Assembly: GCA_009914755.4 (NCBI GenBank)
Contig: CP068257.2
Span: 10,112,001 to 10,176,000 of the forward strand
Origin: the human T2T-CHM13v2.0 reference genome, Homo sapiens
Direction of reading: 5' to 3'
Length of the DNA stretch: 64,000 nt
How positions within the stretch are numbered: the first letter of the stretch is position 1; each line of letters begins with the position of its first letter. The position numbers were made by a program, and so were the translations under genes. The notes beneath the pieces are model-generated. The model was not told the origin of the DNA. It was given only the letters and a program-made list of their open reading frames with translations, and searched no databases. Below, one piece after another: positions 42,013 through 56,430 of this stretch.

Positions 42013-45000
42013 CTCTGTGAGTTGAATGCACACATCACAAAGAAGTTTCTCAGAATGCTTCTGTGTATTTTTTTGTGTGAAGATATTTCCTTTTCCACAA
42101 TGGACCTCAAAGCGCTCCAAATATCCACTTGTAGAATCTACAAAAGAGTGTTTCAAAACTGCTCAATAAATTGAATTGTTCAAGTCTGTCAGGTAAATGC
42201 ACACATCACAAAGTAGTTTCCCAGAATGCATCTGTGTAGTTTTTATGGGAAGATATTTTCTTTTTCACGATCGGCCACAAATGGCTCCAAATAACCACCT
42301 GCATTTTCTACAAAGAGAGTTTCAAAACTGCTCTATCAAAAGATAAGTTAAACTCGGTGAGTTGAATGCACACATCACAAAGAAGTTTCACAGAACGCTT
42401 CTGTGTAGTTTTTATGGGAAGATATTTCCTTTTCCACCATAAGCCTCAAAGCGCTCCAAATATCCAAGTGGAGATTAAAAAAAAAAAAAAGAGTGTTTCA
42501 CAACTGCTCAATGAATTGCAAGGTTCAACACTGTAAGATGAACACACACATCACAAAGAAGTTACTTCTAATGATTCTTGGTCGTTTTTATGGAAAGATA
42601 TTTCATTGTCCACCACCGGCCACAAAGAGCTCCAAATAACCAGTTGCAGATTCAACAAAAAGAGAGTTTCAAAACTGTTCTATCAAAAGAAAGGTTCAAC
42701 TTTGTGAGTTGAATGCACACATCACAAAGAAGATTCTCAGTATGCTTCTGTGTAGTTTTTATGTGAAAATATTACTTTTTCCGGGTTTCAAAACTGCTCT
42801 ATGAATAGATAGTTTCAGCTCTCTTAGATGAATGCACACATCATGAAGAAGTTTCTCAGAATTATTACTCCATGTAGTTTTTTTGTGAAGATATTTTTTA
42901 TTCCACTATAGGCCTCAAAGCGCTCCAAATATCCACTTGCAGTTTCTACAGAAAGAGTGTCTAAAAACTGCTCAATCAAGAGAAAATTTCAAATGTGTGA
43001 GATGCATGCACACATCACAAAGAAGTTTCTCAGAATGCTTCTGTGTAGTTTTTACGTGAAGACATTTCCTTTTCCATAATTGACCTGAAATCGCTCCAAA
43101 TATCCTCTTGCAGATTCTACAAAAAGAGTGTTTCAAAACTGCTCAATCACAAGAAAGGTTCAACTCTGTGAGACGAATGCACACATTACAAAGAAGTTTC
43201 TCAGAATACTTCTGTGTAGTTTTTAAAGTGAAGATATTTCCATTTCCACATTAGGCCTGAAAGAGCTCCAAATATCCACTTGAGGGTTCTACAAAAAGAG
43301 TGTTTCCAAACTGCTCACTCAAAAGAGAGATTCAACTCTGTGAGATGAAAGCACACATCACAAAGAAGTTTCTCAGAATGCTTCTGCGTAGTTTTTATGT
43401 GGAGATATTTCCTTTTCCACCATTGGCCACAAAGGACTCCAAATATCCATTGCAGATACTACAAAAAGAGAGTTTCGAAACTTCTCTATCAAAAGATAGG
43501 TTCAGCTCTGTGAGATGAATGCACACATCTCAAAGTAATTTCTCAGAATGCTTCTGTATAGTATTTATGTGAAAATATTTCCTTTTCCACATTAGGCCTC
43601 AAAGTGCTCCAAATATCCACTTGCAGATTCTACAAAAAGACTGCTTCAAAACCACTCAATCAAAAAAATGTTTCAACTCTGAGTGATGAATACACACATC
43701 ACAAAGTTGTTTCTCAGAATACTTCTGTGTCATTTTTATGTGAAGATATATCCTTTTCCACAAAAGGCCTTCAAGGACTTCAAATATCCACTTGCAGATC
43801 CTACTAAAAGCGTGTTTCCAAACTGCCCAATCAAAAGAAAAGTTCAACTCTGTGAGAGGAATGGACACATCACAAAGAATTTTCTCAGAATGCTCCTGTG
43901 TTGTTTTTATGTGAAGCTATTTCCTTTTCCAAAATAGGACCCAAACCGCTCCAAATATCCACTTGCAGATTCTCCAAAAAGACTATTTGAGAACTGCTCA
44001 ATCAATTGAAATGTTCAACTCAGTGAGACGAATGCACACATCACAGCGAAGCTCCTCAGAAGGCCTCTGTGTAGTTTTTCTGTGAAGATATTTCCATTTG
44101 CACAATAGGCCTCAAAGCGCTCCAAATATCCACTTTCAGATTCTACAAAAAGAGTGTTTCCGAACAGCTCAATCAACAGAGAGATTCAACTCTGTGAGAT
44201 GAATGCACACATCACAAAGTAGTTTCCCATAATTCTTCTCTGTAGTTTTTACGTGAAGATAAATCCTTTTCCACCATAGGCTGCAAAGGGCTCCAAATAT
44301 CCACTTGCAGATTCTAAAAAAAGAGAGTTTCAAAACTGCTCTATCAAAAGATAAATTCAACCCCGTGAATTGAATGCACACATAACAAAGAAGTTTCTCA
44401 GAATGCTTCTGTGTAGTTTTTATGTTAAGATATTACCTTTTAGACAATAGGCTCAAAGAGCTCCAGTTATCTACTTGCAGGTTCTACAAAAAGAGTGTTT
44501 CCCAACTGCTCAATCAAAGAGAGGTTCAACTCTTTGGGATGAATGTGCACATCACAAACTAGTTTCTCAGAATTTTTCTCTGTAGTTTTTAGGTGAAGAT
44601 ATATCCTTTTCCACCATAGACTGCAAAGGGCCCCAAATATCCACCTGCAGATTCTACAAAAAGAGAGTTTGAAAACTGCTTAAAAAAAAGATAGGTTCAA
44701 CTCTGTGAGATGAATGCACACATCACAAAGAAGTTTCTCAGAATGTTTCTATGTAGTTTTTATGTGAAGATATTTCCTTTTCCACCATAGGCCACAAAGG
44801 ACTCTTAACATCCACTTGCAGGTTCTACAAAAAGAGAGTTTCAAAACTGCTCTACCAAAAGATAGGTTCAACTCTGTGAGGTGATTGCACATATCTCAAA
44901 GAAATTTCTCAGAATGCTTCTGTCTAGTTTTTACGTGAAGATATTTCCTTTTAAACCAGAGGCCTCAAAGTGCTCAAAATATCCACCTGGAGATCCTATG

Positions 45001-48000
45001 AAAAGAGTGTTTCAAAACATCTCTATCAAAGGAAATGTTCAACTCTGTGTGTTGAATGCACACATCACAAAGTAGTTTCTCAGAATGTTTCTGTGTAGTT
45101 TTTATGTGAAGATATTTCGTTTTCCACCGTAAGCCACAAAGGGCTCCAAATATTCACTTGCAGATACTACAAAAAGAGAATTTCAAAACAGCTCTATCAA
45201 AAGATAGGTTCAACACTGTGAGATGAATACATACATCACAAAGAAGTTTCTAATAATCCTTCCGTGTAGCTTTTATGAGAAGATATTTCCTTTACTGCCA
45301 TGTGACACAAAGCACTCAAAATATCCACTTGCAGATCCTATAAAAAGAGTGTTTCAAAACTGCTTAATCAAAGGAAGTTTCTACACTGTGAGATGAATGC
45401 ACACATCACAAAAAAATTTCTCAGAATGCTTCTGTGTAGTTTTTATTGGAAGATAATCCCTTTTCCACCATAGGCAGAAAAGGGCTCAAATACCCACTTG
45501 CAGATTCTACAGAAACAGAGTTTTGAAACTTCTCTATCAAAAGATAGGTTCAACTCTGTGAGATGTATGCACACATCACAAAGAAGTTTCTCAGAATGCT
45601 TCTATGTAGTTTTTATATGAAGATATTTCCTTTTCCACAATAGGCCTCAAAAGACTCCAAATATCCACTTGCAGATACTAGAAAAATAGTGTTTCAAAAA
45701 TGCTTAATCAAATGAAAGGTTCAACTCTGTGAGATGAAGACAAACATCACAAAGTAGTTTTTCAGAATGCTTCTGTTTATTTTTTATGGGAAGATATTTC
45801 TTTTTCCACCATCTGCCGCAAAGGGCGCAAAATAGCCACTTGCAGATTCTTCGAAAACACAGATAGAAGATTGCTCTATCAAAATATAGTTTCAACTCTG
45901 TGAGTTGAATGCCGACATCACAAAGAAGTTTCTCAGAATGCTTCTGTGTAGTTTTTATTTGAAGATGTTTCCTTTTCCTCCATTGGCTTCAAAGCGTAAC
46001 AAATATCCAATTGCACACTCTACAAAAAGAGAGTTTCAATACTGCTGTATCAAAAATAGGTTCAACTCTTTGAGTTGAATGCACACATCACAAATTAGTT
46101 TCTGAGAATTCTTCTGTGTTGTTTTTCTGTGAAGATATTTCCATTTCCACAATAGGACTCAAAGCGCTCCAAATATCCACTTTCAGGTTCTACAAAAAGA
46201 GTGTCTCCAAACAGCTCAATCAACAGAGAGACTCAACTCTGTGAGATGAATGCACACACCACAAAAAACTTTCTCAGAATGCTTCTGTGTATTTTTTATG
46301 TGAAGATATTTCCTTTTCCACCATAGGCCACAAAGGGCTCCAAATATCCAGTTGCATATTCTACATAAAGAGATTTTAAAAACTGCTCTATCAAAAGATA
46401 GGTTCAACCATGTGAGTTGAATACACACATCACAAAGAAGTTTCTCAGAATGCTTCTGTGTAGTTTTTAGGTTAAGATATTTCCTTTTCAACAATAGACC
46501 TCAAAGCGCTCCAATTATACACTTGCAGGTTCTACAAAAAGTGTTTCCCAACTGCTCAATCAAGGGGAAGTTCAACTCTGTGAGATGAATGCACACATCA
46601 CAAAGTAGTTTCTCAGAATTCTTCCCTGTATTTTATATGTGAAGATACATCCTTTTCCACCATAGTCCACAAAGGGCTCCAAATATACAGTTGCAGATTC
46701 TACTAAAAGAGAGTTTCAAAACTGCTCTATTAAAAGATAGGTTCAACTCTGTGAGATGATTGCACACATCACAAAGAAGTTTCTCAGAATGTTTCTGTGT
46801 AGTTTTTATGTGAAGATATTTCCTTTTCCACCATAGACCGCAAAGTGCTCTTAACATCCACTTGCAGGTTCTACAAAAAGTGAGTTTCAAAACTACTCTA
46901 TCAAAAGATAGGTTCAACTCTGTGAGATGATTGCACACATCAGAAAGGAATTTCTCAGAATGCTTCTGTGGAGTTTTTACGTGAAGATATTTCCTTTTAC
47001 ACCAGAGGCCTCAAAGTGCTCCAAATATCCACTTGGAGATTCTACGAAAAGAGTGTTTCAAAACTGCTCTATCAAAAGAAAGGTTCAACTCTGTGAGTTG
47101 AATGCACAAATCACAAAGAAGTTTCTCAGAATGCTTCTATGTAGTTTTTATGTGAAGATATTTCGTTTTCCACCATAGGCCACAAAGGGCTCCAAATATC
47201 CACTTGCAGATACTACAAAAAGAGAATTTCAAAACTGCTCTATCAAAAGAAAGGTTCAACACTGAGATGAATACATACATCACAAAGTAGTTACTCATAA
47301 TGCTTCTGTGTAGCTTTTATGTGAAGATATTTCCTTTTCCACCGTAGGCCTCAAAGCGCTCCAAATATCTTCTATCAGATTCTACAAAAAGAGGGTTTCA
47401 AAGCTGCTCAATCAAATGAAAGGTTCACAGCTGTGAGATGAATGCGCACATCACAAATGAGTTTCTCAGAATGCTTCTGTGTAGTTTTTATGTGAAGATA
47501 TTTCCTTTTCCAACATAGGACGCAAAGGGTTCCCAATATCCACTTGCAGATTCGACACAAAGAGAGTTTCAAAACTGCTCTATCAAAAGATAAGTTCAAC
47601 ACTGTGAGATGAATGCACACACCACAAAGAAGTTTCTCAGAATGCTTCTGTAGAGTTTTTATATGAAGATGTTTCCTTTTCCACCATAGGCTTCAAAGCG
47701 CTCCAAATATCCACTTGCAGATTCAACAAAAAGAGGGTTTCCAAACTGCTCAATCAAAAGAAAAGTTCAACTCTGTGAGATGAATGCACACATCACAAAG
47801 AAGTTTCTCAGAATGTTTCTGTGTAGTTTTTGTGTGAAGATATTTCCTTTTCCACCATAGGCCTCAAAGCACTCCAAATATCCACCTGCAGATTCTACAA
47901 AAAGAATGTTTCAAAACTGCTAAATCCAAAGAAAGCTTCAACTCTGTGAGATGAATGCACACATCACAAAGAAGTTTCTCAGAATGCTTCTGTGTAGATT

Positions 48001-48513
48001 TATGTGAAGACATTTCCTTTTCCATAATAGGCCTCAAAGCGCTCCAAATATCCACTTGCAGATTCTGCAAAAAGAGTGTTTCCGAACTGCTCAATGAAAA
48101 CAAAGTTTCAACTCTGTGAGATGAATGCACACATCACAACGGAGATTCTCAGAATGCTTCTGTGCAGTTGTTAGGTGAAGATATTTCCTTTTCCAACATA
48201 GGCCTCAAAGCGCTGCAACTATCCACATGCAGATTCTACAAAAGTGAGTTTCAAAACTGCTCTATCAAAAGATAGGTGCAACTGTAAGAGTTGAATGTAC
48301 GCATCACAAAGAAGTTTCTCAGAATGCTTCTGTGTAGTTTTTATGTGAAGATGTTTCCTTTTCCACCATAGACCTCAAAGCTCTCCTAATATCCACTTGC
48401 AGATTGTACAAAAAGATTGTTTCAAAACTGCTCATTCAAATGAAAGTTTCAACTCTGTGAGATGAATGCCCACATCACAAAGAAATTTCTCAGAATGCTT
48501 CTGTGTAGTTTTT
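42013..48513 (-). repeat. Alpha satellite, reverse orientation, A/B dimeric family (continuation)
   Basis: Same diagnostic monomer features as 26627-35997. One monomer at 42473-42490 contains an A14 homopolymer. Confidence 0.92.
44090..48190 (-). repeat. Local 12-monomer (~2.05 kb) tandem duplication / higher-order periodicity in alpha satellite (2 copies)
   Basis: The distinctive run tttccattt[gc]cacaatagg[ca]ctcaaagcgctccaaatatccactttcag[ag]ttctacaaaaagagtgt[tc]tcc[ga]aacagctcaatcaacagagaga[tc]tcaac occurs at 44091 and 46138, an offset of 2047 bp. Following blocks (44590-45270 vs 46640-47320) align at the same offset at roughly 90-93% identity, including shared rare variants (ctcttaacatccacttgcaggttc, ccagaggcctcaaagtgctc, gatgattgcaca). 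No third copy is seen on either side. Confidence 0.75.
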
Positions 48514-49882
<1,369 letters not shown>

Positions 49883-52800
49883 GCTTCTATGTAGTTTTTA
49901 TGTGAAGATATTACCTTTTCCACCTTAGGCTGCAAATGGCTCCAAATATCCACATGCAGATGCTACAAAAAGAGAGTTTCAAAACTACTCTATCAAAAGA
50001 TAGGTTCACCTCTATGAGTTGAATAAGCACATCACAAAGTACTTTCTCAGAATGCTTCTGTGTAGTTTTTATGTGAAGATATTTCCTTATCTACCTTAGG
50101 CCTAAAAGCGCTCAAAATATCCATTTTCATACACTACAAAAAGAGGTTTCAAAACTGCTAAATCAAAAGAAAGGTTCAACTCTGTGAGATGAATGCACAC
50201 ATCACAAGAAATTTCTCACAATGTTTCTGTGTAATTTTTTTGTGGAGATAATTCCTTTTCCATAATAGTCCTCAAAGCACTCCAAATATCCATCCGCAGG
50301 TTCTACAAAAAGACTGTTTCAAAACTGCTCAATCAAAAGAGAGGTTCAACTATGTGATATGAATGCAAACATCACAAAGAAGTTTCTCAGAGTGCTTCTC
50401 TGCAGTTTTTATGTGAAAATATTTCCTTTTCCACAATAGGCCTCAAAGCGCTTCAAATATCCACTTGCAGATGCCTCACAAAGAGTGTTTCAAAACTGCT
50501 GTCTCAAAAGATAGGTTCAACATTTTGAGTTGAATGTTCACATAACAAAGAAGTTTCTCAGAGTGCTTCTGTGTAGTTTTAATTGGAAGACATTTACTTT
50601 TGCCCAAAAGGCTGCAAAGGGCTCCAAATACCCACTTGCAGATTCTACAAAAAGAGAGTTTCAAAACTGCCCTATCAAAAGATAGGTTCATCTATGTGAG
50701 ATGAAAGCACACATCATAAAGAAGTTTCTCATAATGGTTCTGTGTAGTTTTTATGTGAAGATAGTTCCTTTTCCACCATAGACCTCAATGCGCTCCAAAT
50801 ATCCACTGGCAGATTCTGCAAAAAGAGTGTTTAAAAATCGCTCTATCAAATGAAAGATTCAACTATGTGAGATGAGTGCACACATCACAAAGTAGTTTCT
50901 CAGAATGCTTCTGTGTAGTTTTTATGTGAGGATATATCCTTTTCCACCATAGGCTGCAAAGGGCTCCAAATATCCACTTGCAGATTCTACAAAAAGACAT
51001 TTTCAAAACTGCTATATGAAAAGATAGGATCAACACTGTGAGACGTATGCACACATCACAAAGAAGTTTCTCAGAATGCTTCTATGTAGTTTTTATGTGA
51101 AGATATTTCCTTTTCCACAACAGGCCTCAAAGCCCTCCAAATATCCACTTCCAGATTCTACAAAAGGAGAGTTTTAAAACTGCTCTATCAAAAGATAAGT
51201 TCAACTCTGTGAGTTGAATGCACACATCATAAAGAAGTTTCTCAGAATGCTTCTGTGTAGCTTTTATGTTAAGATAGTTCCTTTTCTTACGTAGGCTGCA
51301 AAGGGCTCCAAATATCCACTTGCAGATTCCACAGAAAGAGAGTTTCAAAACTGCTCTGTCAAAAGATAGGTTCAACTCCGTAAGATGAATGCACACATCA
51401 CAAAGAAGGTTCTCAGAACGCTTCAGTGTAGTTTTTAAGTGAAGATATTTCCTTTCCCACAATAGGCCCCAAATCGCTCCAAATAACTACTTGTGGATTC
51501 TACAAAAAGAGGGTTTTCAAAATGCTCAATCAAAAGAAAGGTTCAACTCAGTGAGTTGAATGCACGCATCACATGGAAGTTTCTCAGAATGCTTCTTTGT
51601 AGTTTTCATGGGAAGATATTTCCTTTTCCACAATAGGCCTGAAGCCCTCCATATATCCATTTGCAGATTCTACAAAAAGAGTGTTTCCAAATTTCTGAAT
51701 CAAAAGAGAGGTTCAAGCCCGTGAGATGAATGCACACATCACAAAGAAGTTTCTCAGAATGCTTCTGTGCAGTTTTTATGAGAAGATATTTAATTTTCCA
51801 CCATGGGCCGCAAAGGTTCCAAATATCCACTTGCAGATTCTACAAAAAGAGTGTTTCAAAACTGCTCAAGCAAAAGAAAGGTTCAACTCTGCGAGATGAA
51901 TGCACACATCACAAAGAAGTTTTTCAGAATGCTTCTGTGTAATTTTTATGTGAAGATATTTCCTTTTCCACCAGAGGATGCAATCGCTCTAAATATCCAC
52001 TTCCAGATTATACAAAAAGAGTGTTTCAAAACTGCTCAAACAAAAGAAATTTTCAATTCAGTGAGATGAATGCACACATCACAAAAATGTTTCTCAGAAT
52101 ACTTCTGTGTAGTTTTTATGAGAAGATATTTCGTTTTCAGCTGTGGGCCTGAAAACGCTCCAAATATCCATTTGCAGATAATACATAAGTAGAGTTTCAA
52201 GACTGCTCTATGAAAAGATAGGTTCAAATTTGTGAGATTAATGCACACATCACAAAGAAGTTTCTCAGAATGCTTCAGTGTAGTTTTTATGTGAAGATAT
52301 TTACCACCATAGAACTCAAAGCGCTCGAATTATACACTTGCAGATACTTCAAAAAGAGTGTTTCAAAACTGCTCAATCAAATGAAAGGTTCACATTTGTG
52401 AGACGAATGCATACATCAAAAAGCAGTTTCTCCGAATGCTTCTGTGTAACTTTTATATGAAGATAGTTCCTTTTCCACCATAGGCCTCAAAGTGCTCCAA
52501 ATGTCCACTTTCAGATTTCACAAAAAGAGTTTTTCCAAACTGCTCAACCAAAAGAAAGGTTCAACTCTTTGAGACGAATGCACACATCACAAAGTAGTTT
52601 CTCAGAATGGTTCTGTATAGTTTTCTTTGAAGAAATTTCCTTTTTCACAATAGGCCTCAAAGTGCTCCATATATCCACCCGCAGATTCTACGAAAAGTGG
52701 TTTTCCAAATGGCTCAATCAAGAAAGAAGTTCAACTCTATGAAATGAATGCACACATTCCAAAGAAGTTTCTCAGAATGCTTCTGTGCAGTTTTTATGTG

Positions 52801-55743
52801 AAGATATTTCCTTTTCCACCACAGGCCGCAAAAGGCTCCAAATATCCACTTGCAGATTCTACAAAAAGAGAGTTTCAACACTTCTCTATGAAAAGATATG
52901 TTAACCTCTGTGATTTGAATGCACACATCACAAAACAGTTTCTCAGTATGCTTCTGTGTAGTTTTTATATGAAGATATTTCCTTTTCCACAATAGGCCTC
53001 CAAGGGCTCCAAATATCCACTGGCAGATTCTACTAAAAGACTGTTTCCAAACTGCTCAATCAAAAGAAAGGTTCAGCTCTGAGAGATGAACACACACATC
53101 ACAAAGAAGTTTCCCAGCATGCTTCTGTGTAGTTTTTATGAGAAGATATTTCCATTTCCACCATCGGCCACAAAGGGCTCCAAATAACCACTTGCAGATT
53201 CTACAAAAAGAAGTTCAACTCTGTGAGATGAATGCACACAAAAAAAAGAAGTTTCTGAGAATGCTTCTGTGTAGTTTTTGGGTGAAGATATTTCCTTTTC
53301 CACAATAAGCCTCAAAGCAATCCAAATATCCACTGCCAGATTCTCCAAAAAGAGTGTTTGTTTCAAAACTGCTCAATCAAAGAATGCTTCGACTCTGGGA
53401 GATGAATACACATATCATTAAGAAGTTTCTCAGAATGCTTCAGTGTAGTTTTTATGCATAGATATGTCCTTTTCCACCATCGGCCAAAAAGAGGTCCAAA
53501 TAACCACTTGCAGATTCCACATAAAGAGAGCAAGAAAACTGCTCTATCAAAAGCTAGGTTCAACGCTGCGAGTTCAATGCATACATCACAAATAGGTTTC
53601 TCAGAATGCTTCTTTGTTGTTTTTATGTGAAGATACTTCCTTCTCCACCATAGCCTTCATGGTTCTCGAAATGTCCAATTGCAGAATCTACAAAAAGCAT
53701 ATTTCAAAACAGGTCCTTCAAAAGAAATTTTCAACTCTGGGAGATGAATGCACACATGACAAAGAAGTTTCTCAGAATGCTTCTGTGTAGTTTTTATGTG
53801 AAGATATTTCCTTTTCCACAATAAGCCTCAAAGCGTTCCAAATATCCACTTGCAGATTCTACAAAAAGATTATTTCAAAACTGCTCAACCAAATGAAAAG
53901 TTCAACTCTGTGAGATGAATGCATATATCCCAAAGAAGTTTCTCAGAATGCTTCTGTGTTGTCTTTATGTGAAGATATTTCCTTTTATACCATAGGCCTC
54001 AAAGTGCTCCAAACATCCACTTGCAGATTCTACAAAAAGAGTGTTTCAAAACTGATCAATCAAAAGAAAGGTTCAACTTTGTTAGATGAATGCACACAAA
54101 ACAAAGAAGTTTCTGGGAATGCTTCTGTGTAGTTTTTACTTAAGGACATAGCCTTTTCCACAATAAGCCTCAAAGCAATCAAAATATCCACTTGCAGATT
54201 CTACAAAAAAAGTGTTTCAAAACTGCTCAATCAAAGGAAAGATTCATCTCTGTGAAGTGAATGCACACATCACAAAGAAGTTTCTCAGAATCCTTCTCTG
54301 TAGTTTTCATGTTAAGATATATCCTTTTCCACTATAGGTCACAAAGGGCTCCAAATATCCACTTGCAGATTTTACAAACAGAGTGTTTCAAAACTACTCT
54401 ATCAAAAGATAGGTTCAACTCTGTGAGATGAATGCACGCATCACAAAGTAGTTTCTCAGAATGCTTCTGTGTAGTTTTTATGTGAAGATATTACCTTTTA
54501 CACCATCGGCCAAAAAGGGCTCAAAATAACCACTTGCAGATTCTACAAAAAGAGAGTTTCAAAACTGCTCTATCAAAAGATAGGTTCATCTCTGCAAGTT
54601 GAATGCATACATCACAAATTGATTTCTCAGAATGCTTCTGTGTGGTTTTTAATTGAAGATATTTCCTTTTCCACCATAGACCTCAAAACGCTCCAAGTAT
54701 CCACTTGCAGATTCTATGAAAAGAGTGTTTCAAAACTGCTCAATCAAAAGAAAGTTTCAACCCTGTGAGATGAAGGCACACATCACAAAGAAGTTTCTGA
54801 GAATGCTTCTGTGTAGTTTTTTGGGAAGATATTTCCTTTTCCACCATAGGCTTCAATGCGATGCAAATATCCACCTGCAGATTCTATAAAAAGAGTGTTT
54901 CAAAACCACTCTATCAAAAGAAATTTTCAACTCCGTGAGATGAATGTACACATCACAAAAATGTTTCTCAGAATGCTTCTGTGTAGTTTTTATGAGAAGA
55001 TATTTCCTTTTCAGCTATGGGCCTGAAAACGCTCCAAATATCCATTTGCAGATAATGCGTAAAGAGAGTTTCAAGACTGCTCTATGAAAAGATACGTTCA
55101 ACTCTGTCAGTTGAATGCATACTTCACAAAAATTTTCTCAGAAAGCTTCAGTGTAGTTTTTATGTGAAGATATTTCCTTTTCCAACATAGGACTCAAAGT
55201 GCTCCAAATATCCACTTGCAGATTATACAAAAAGTGTTTCAATGCTGCTCAATCAATTGAAAGTTTCAAATATGTGAGACAAATGCACACATCCCAAAGA
55301 AGTTTCTCAGAATGCTTTTGTGTAGCTTTTATGTGAAGATATTTTCTTTTGAAAACTAGGCCTCAAAACATTCATATATCCACTTGCAGATTCTTTAAAA
55401 AGAGTGTTTCTAAACTGCTCAATCAAAAGAGAGGTTCAACTTCGTGAGTTGAATCCACACATCAAAAAGAAGTTTCTCAGAAAGCTTCTGTGTAGTTCTT
55501 ATGTGAAGATATTTCCTTTTCCATCATAAGCCACAAAGGGCTCCATATATCCAATTGCAGATTCTACAAAAAGAGAGTTTCAAAACTGCTCTGTCAGAAG
55601 ATAGGTTCAACTCTGTGAGTTGAATGCACACATCACAAAGGAGTTTCTCAGAATGCTTCTGTGTAGTTTTTATGAGAAGATATTTCCTTTTCCATCATAG
55701 GCCTCAAAGTGTTCAAATTATCCACTTGCAGATTCTATAAAAG
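49883..55743 (-). repeat. Alpha satellite, reverse orientation, A/B dimeric family (continuation)
   Basis: 171-bp monomers with ccacttgcagattctacaaaaagag and ctgtgtagtttttatgtgaagatatttccttttccacc. Confidence 0.92.
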
Positions 55744-56430
55744 AATGGCAATCATTAAAAAGTCACGAAAAAAGAGGTGCTGGAGAGGATGTGGAGAAAT
55801 AGGAACACTTTTACACTGTTGGTGGGACTGTAAACAAGTTCAACCATTGTGGAAGTCAGTGTGGCGATTCCTCAGGGATCTAGAACTAGAAATACCATTT
55901 GACCCAGCCATCCCATTACTGGGTATATACCCAAAGGAATATAAATCATGCTGCTATAAAGACACATGCACACGTATGTTTATTGAGGCGTTATTCACAA
56001 TAGCAAAGACTTGGAACCAACCCAAACGTTCAACAATGATAGACTGGATTAAGAAAATGTGGCACATATACACCATGGAATACTATGCAGCCATAAAAAA
56101 TGATGAGTTCATGTCCTTTGTAGGGACATGGATGAAATTGGAAATCATCATTCTCAGTAAACTATCGCAAGAACAAAAAACCAAACACCGCATATTCTCA
56201 CTCATATGTGGGAATTGAACAATGAGATCACATGGACACAGGAAGGGGAATATCACACTCTGGGGACTGTTGTGGGGTGGGGTGAGGGGTGAGGGATAGC
56301 ATTGGGAGATATACCTAATGCTAGATGACGAGTTAGTGGGTTCAGTGCACCAGCATGGCACATGTATACGTATGTGACTAACCTGCACAATGTGCACATG
56401 TACCCTAAAACTTAAAGTATAATAAAAAAA
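55744..56430 (+). mobile_element. L1 5'-truncated 3' fragment (~0.69 kb: last ~170 codons of ORF2 + 3'UTR + short poly(A)), plus strand
   Basis: Begins aatggcaatcattaaaaagtcacgaaaaaagaggtgctggagaggatgtggagaaataggaacactt and ends ...gtaccctaaaacttaaagtataataaaaaaag. ORF-track 55709..56218 ends ...[17 protein letters not shown], sharing the SQEQKTKH / SLICGN variants with the full-length element at 35998-41996. The TSD is short and A-rich, so ambiguous (ataaaag / aaaaag). Confidence 0.9.

Noticed and set aside
42473-42490. A14 homopolymer inside an alpha monomer (gagattaaaaaaaaaaaaaagagtg)
   Set aside because: It could suggest a retroelement tail, but there is no adjacent retroelement body or TSD. 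It is most simply replication slippage of the monomer's native aaaaag run.
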